A DNA stretch of 15,472 nt from Candidatus Bathyarchaeota archaeon B26-1 (GTDB lineage: Archaea > Thermoproteota > Bathyarchaeia > Bathyarchaeales > B26-1): the NCBI GenBank assembly GCA_001593925.1, contig LUCD01000039.1, forward strand, positions 1 through 15,472, given 5' to 3'. Within the stretch, counting starts at the first letter, position 1. Every line of letters starts with the position of its first letter. Of this stretch, positions 13,763 through 15,472 are shown piece by piece. The notes under the pieces are model-generated. The model had not been told where the DNA came from. It did no database searches and saw only the letters and a program-made list of their open reading frames with translations. The translations under genes were made by a program, and so were the position numbers.

Positions 13763-14977
13763 ATGGTGGTTGAAGAGGCCGACGTTGCGGTTGTCGGGGC
13801 AGGCCCAACAGGGCTGATCGCCGCCAGAGAGGCGTCAAGGAGAGGCGTCAACGTAGTCGTGCTGGAAGAACACAGGGAGATAGGGGTGCCATGCCACTGC
13901 GCGGGGCTCCTAAGCATAGAAGGCTTGAGGAGGCTTGGGATACCCCAAGACGAGAAGTTCGTCCAAAACAAGGTTAGAGGCGCAAGGTTCTTCTCTCCAT
14001 CAGGGCTCTCCTTCACGGTTGAAAAGAAGGAATCCGTAGCCTGCGTCGTCGACCGGAGGGCCTTAGACAACTTCTTAGCAGAGCAGGCGTCCGGGTTAGG
14101 CGCCTCCATAAGGACGGGGTTCCATGCGGAACATCTCAGACGGGTCGACGGCGGGATCGTCGTTCTCTCGAGGAGGGGAGAAGCCTTAACCTCGAGGGTC
14201 GTCGTCGACGCTGAAGGTGTGGCTTCACGGATCGTCGGAGAAGCCGGCCTTAAAACCCTTCCGAGGGGATGCGTTCTCCCAGCCCTGCAGTTCGACTTCT
14301 CCGGCGTAAGCCTCAACCCAGACTACGTTGAGATACATCTGGGCAGTAGGGTTGCACCCAACTTCTTCGCGTGGGTCATCCCGCTCCGCGAGGACGCGGC
14401 TAGGGTCGGCTTAGCCTGTAAAGGAGCCAGTCCAAGAGCCTGCTTAAGGAGGTTCATCAGGAGACGTTTCGGCTCTCATGGGCACTTACGGGTCTTAGCC
14501 TCACGTTCAGGGCTTGTCGTAACCTGCGGCCCCATAGAGAAGACGTATACGGATAACATGATCGTCGTCGGGGACGCCGCGGGGCAGGTTAAGCCCTTGA
14601 CGGGTGGAGGCGTGATCTTGGGAGGGGAATGCGCTCTGATCGCTGGCGAGGTTGCGGCTGAAGCGGCGGGAGAAGGCAAGACTAACAAGGGCTTCTTGGA
14701 GAGGTATGAGAGGATGTGGAGGAGACGCTTTGGGTTGGAGTTCAGGGTTACAGGCCTAGCCCGGAAGGTTCTCAACAGCCTCTCGGACAGGACCTTGGAC
14801 AGGCTCTTTAGGGCGGTTATTGATGGAGGCCTAGACGAGGAGGCCTCCGCCTCCGGCGACATGGACATGCATGGATGGACGATCCTGAGAATGTTGAGGA
14901 GCCGCGAGGTTCTCAAAGTTCTGCCGGAGGCTCTGAGAGACATGCTGGCGCGGTTGAGGCGAGAACAGCATATATAA
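13763..14977 (+). CDS. FAD-dependent oxidoreductase of the geranylgeranyl reductase family (digeranylgeranylglycerophospholipid-reductase-like paralog)
   Basis: An N-terminal Rossmann motif VAVVGAGPTGLIAAREASRRGVNVVVLEE is followed by the GGR-type CHCAGLL motif and then GDAAGQVKPLTGGG (FAD-binding). I place the start at ATG 13763, one codon after the TTG the ORF track uses. Confidence 0.8.
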   Translation: MVVEEADVAVVGAGPTGLIAAREASRRGVNVVVLEEHREIGVPCHCAGLLSIEGLRRLGIPQDEKFVQNKVRGARFFSPSGLSFTVEKKESVACVVDRRALDNFLAEQASGLGASIRTGFHAEHLRRVDGGIVVLSRRGEALTSRVVVDAEGVASRIVGEAGLKTLPRGCVLPALQFDFSGVSLNPDYVEIHLGSRVAPNFFAWVIPLREDAARVGLACKGASPRACLRRFIRRRFGSHGHLRVLASRSGLVVTCGPIEKTYTDNMIVVGDAAGQVKPLTGGGVILGGECALIAGEVAAEAAGEGKTNKGFLERYERMWRRRFGLEFRVTGLARKVLNSLSDRTLDRLFRAVIDGGLDEEASASGDMDMHGWTILRMLRSREVLKVLPEALRDMLARLRREQHI

Positions 14978-15040
14978 GGAGGCTTCTGTTTATTAATAGG
15001 CCGGCTGGTGGAAACTGTGAGCGAAAGCGCAAGCCTGCAG

Positions 15041-15202
15041 ATGCCTATATGCACATCCTGCAATAGACCGATCCCTCCGGGCACGGATGCCACGAAGTTC
15101 CCCTGCCCCAACTGCGGCGAGATAACTATATGGAGATGCGCCAAGTGCCGCAAGTTCGGGAGAACCTACAGGTGCCCCAGCTGCGGCTTCGTCGGACCTT
15201 AA
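15041..15202 (+). CDS. double zinc-ribbon small protein, COG2888-like (predicted Zn-ribbon RNA-binding protein), 53 aa
   Basis: MPICTSCNRPI-x8-FPCPNCGEITIWRCAKCRKFGRTYRCPSCGFVGP has four CxxC pairs with the characteristic Y-x-CP-x-CGF-x-GP ending. The TATA-like TTTATTAATA at 14985-14994 places the transcription start near 15020, which favours ATG 15041 over the GTG 15008 used in the ORF track. Confidence 0.65.
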   Translation: MPICTSCNRPIPPGTDATKFPCPNCGEITIWRCAKCRKFGRTYRCPSCGFVGP

Positions 15203-15354
15203 GGTTCTCAAACATTCTATCAATTTTAGAGCGATCTAAACATCTCACCTTATTTAGCTGGTAAATTCGTTAACAACCCTGCGGCTTTCTCTCCACATTT
15301 TTTGGGCAGAAGGGGTTAGGAGGTTTTGTTGAACGTGAGGTCGGTTTTCCTCTA

Positions 15355-15472
15355 CTTCTCCGGTTTGAACTTCTCGGATATCTTCTCCTTCACTGAAAGG
15401 AAGTGTTTCGGGAGTTCTTCGGGGGGTAGCCCGTTCGCCAGATACTGCGAGAATGTTCTGGCGTAGGCCTCT
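15355..15472 (-). CDS. 3' end of a minus-strand gene that starts beyond the window (about the last 39 codons)
   Basis: An open frame from the window edge reads ...[39 protein letters not shown] and stops at 15352-15354. It is too short for the ORF track. Codon usage looks like that of neighbouring genes. Confidence 0.3.

Noticed and set aside
13711-15153. Antisense ORFs 13711..14316(-) and 14476..15153(-), 201 and 225 aa, opposite the GGR-family gene
   Set aside because: Ser/Pro/Arg/Thr-rich translations of the antisense strand of a GC-rich gene whose sense strand carries clear FAD-binding motifs. These are typical shadow ORFs.
1-15472. CRISPR arrays, rRNA genes, IS elements/transposases, toxin-antitoxin pairs
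   Set aside because: I looked for regularly spaced direct repeats, rRNA-like conserved blocks, DDE/HUH transposase motifs and small coupled gene pairs of toxin-antitoxin type, and found none. The only tandem repeat is intragenic, the zinc-ribbon duplication at 2128-2282.

Overview
This window looks like compact archaeal chromosome, probably from a thermophilic member of the Thermoproteota (an inference from the sequence, not a search). The evidence is archaeal-type TATA boxes about 25 to 30 nt upstream of leaderless starts, frequent GTG and TTG start codons, a tRNA with the CCA tail encoded, a GPN-loop GTPase, an ADP-forming acetyl-CoA synthetase and a geranylgeranyl-reductase paralog. Gene density is high. 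Reading left to right: (1) the 3' end of an ADP-forming acyl-CoA synthetase alpha subunit; (2) a 357-nt non-coding gap; (3) a soluble 154-aa protein and a 109-aa membrane protein whose reading frames overlap by 4 nt (ATGA); (4) a three-gene minus-strand operon encoding an arrestin-like (Spo0M-like) protein with a zinc ribbon, a 184-aa helical protein, and an SPFH/band-7 protein with a C-terminal double zinc ribbon; (5) a divergent gene pair encoding a zinc-finger protein and a membrane protein with tandem helical repeats; (6) tRNA-Phe(GAA), with an antisense ORF running through it that resembles an integrase N-terminal fragment; (7) an agmatinase/ureohydrolase-family enzyme; (8) an ECF-type ABC transporter module with a fused double ATPase and a T component; (9) a small zinc-ribbon protein; (10) a CinA-like molybdopterin-binding-fold protein; (11) a GPN-loop GTPase; (12) a zinc-ribbon membrane protein; (13) a small winged-helix protein followed by a geranylgeranyl-reductase-family flavoprotein; (14) a COG2888-like double zinc-ribbon protein. 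The strongest candidate for an undescribed system is the arrestin-like / helical / SPFH operon at 2116..5041. The zinc-finger and repeat-membrane pair next to the tRNA, and two possible structured non-coding elements, are secondary candidates. No CRISPR array, rRNA gene or recognisable transposase is present.
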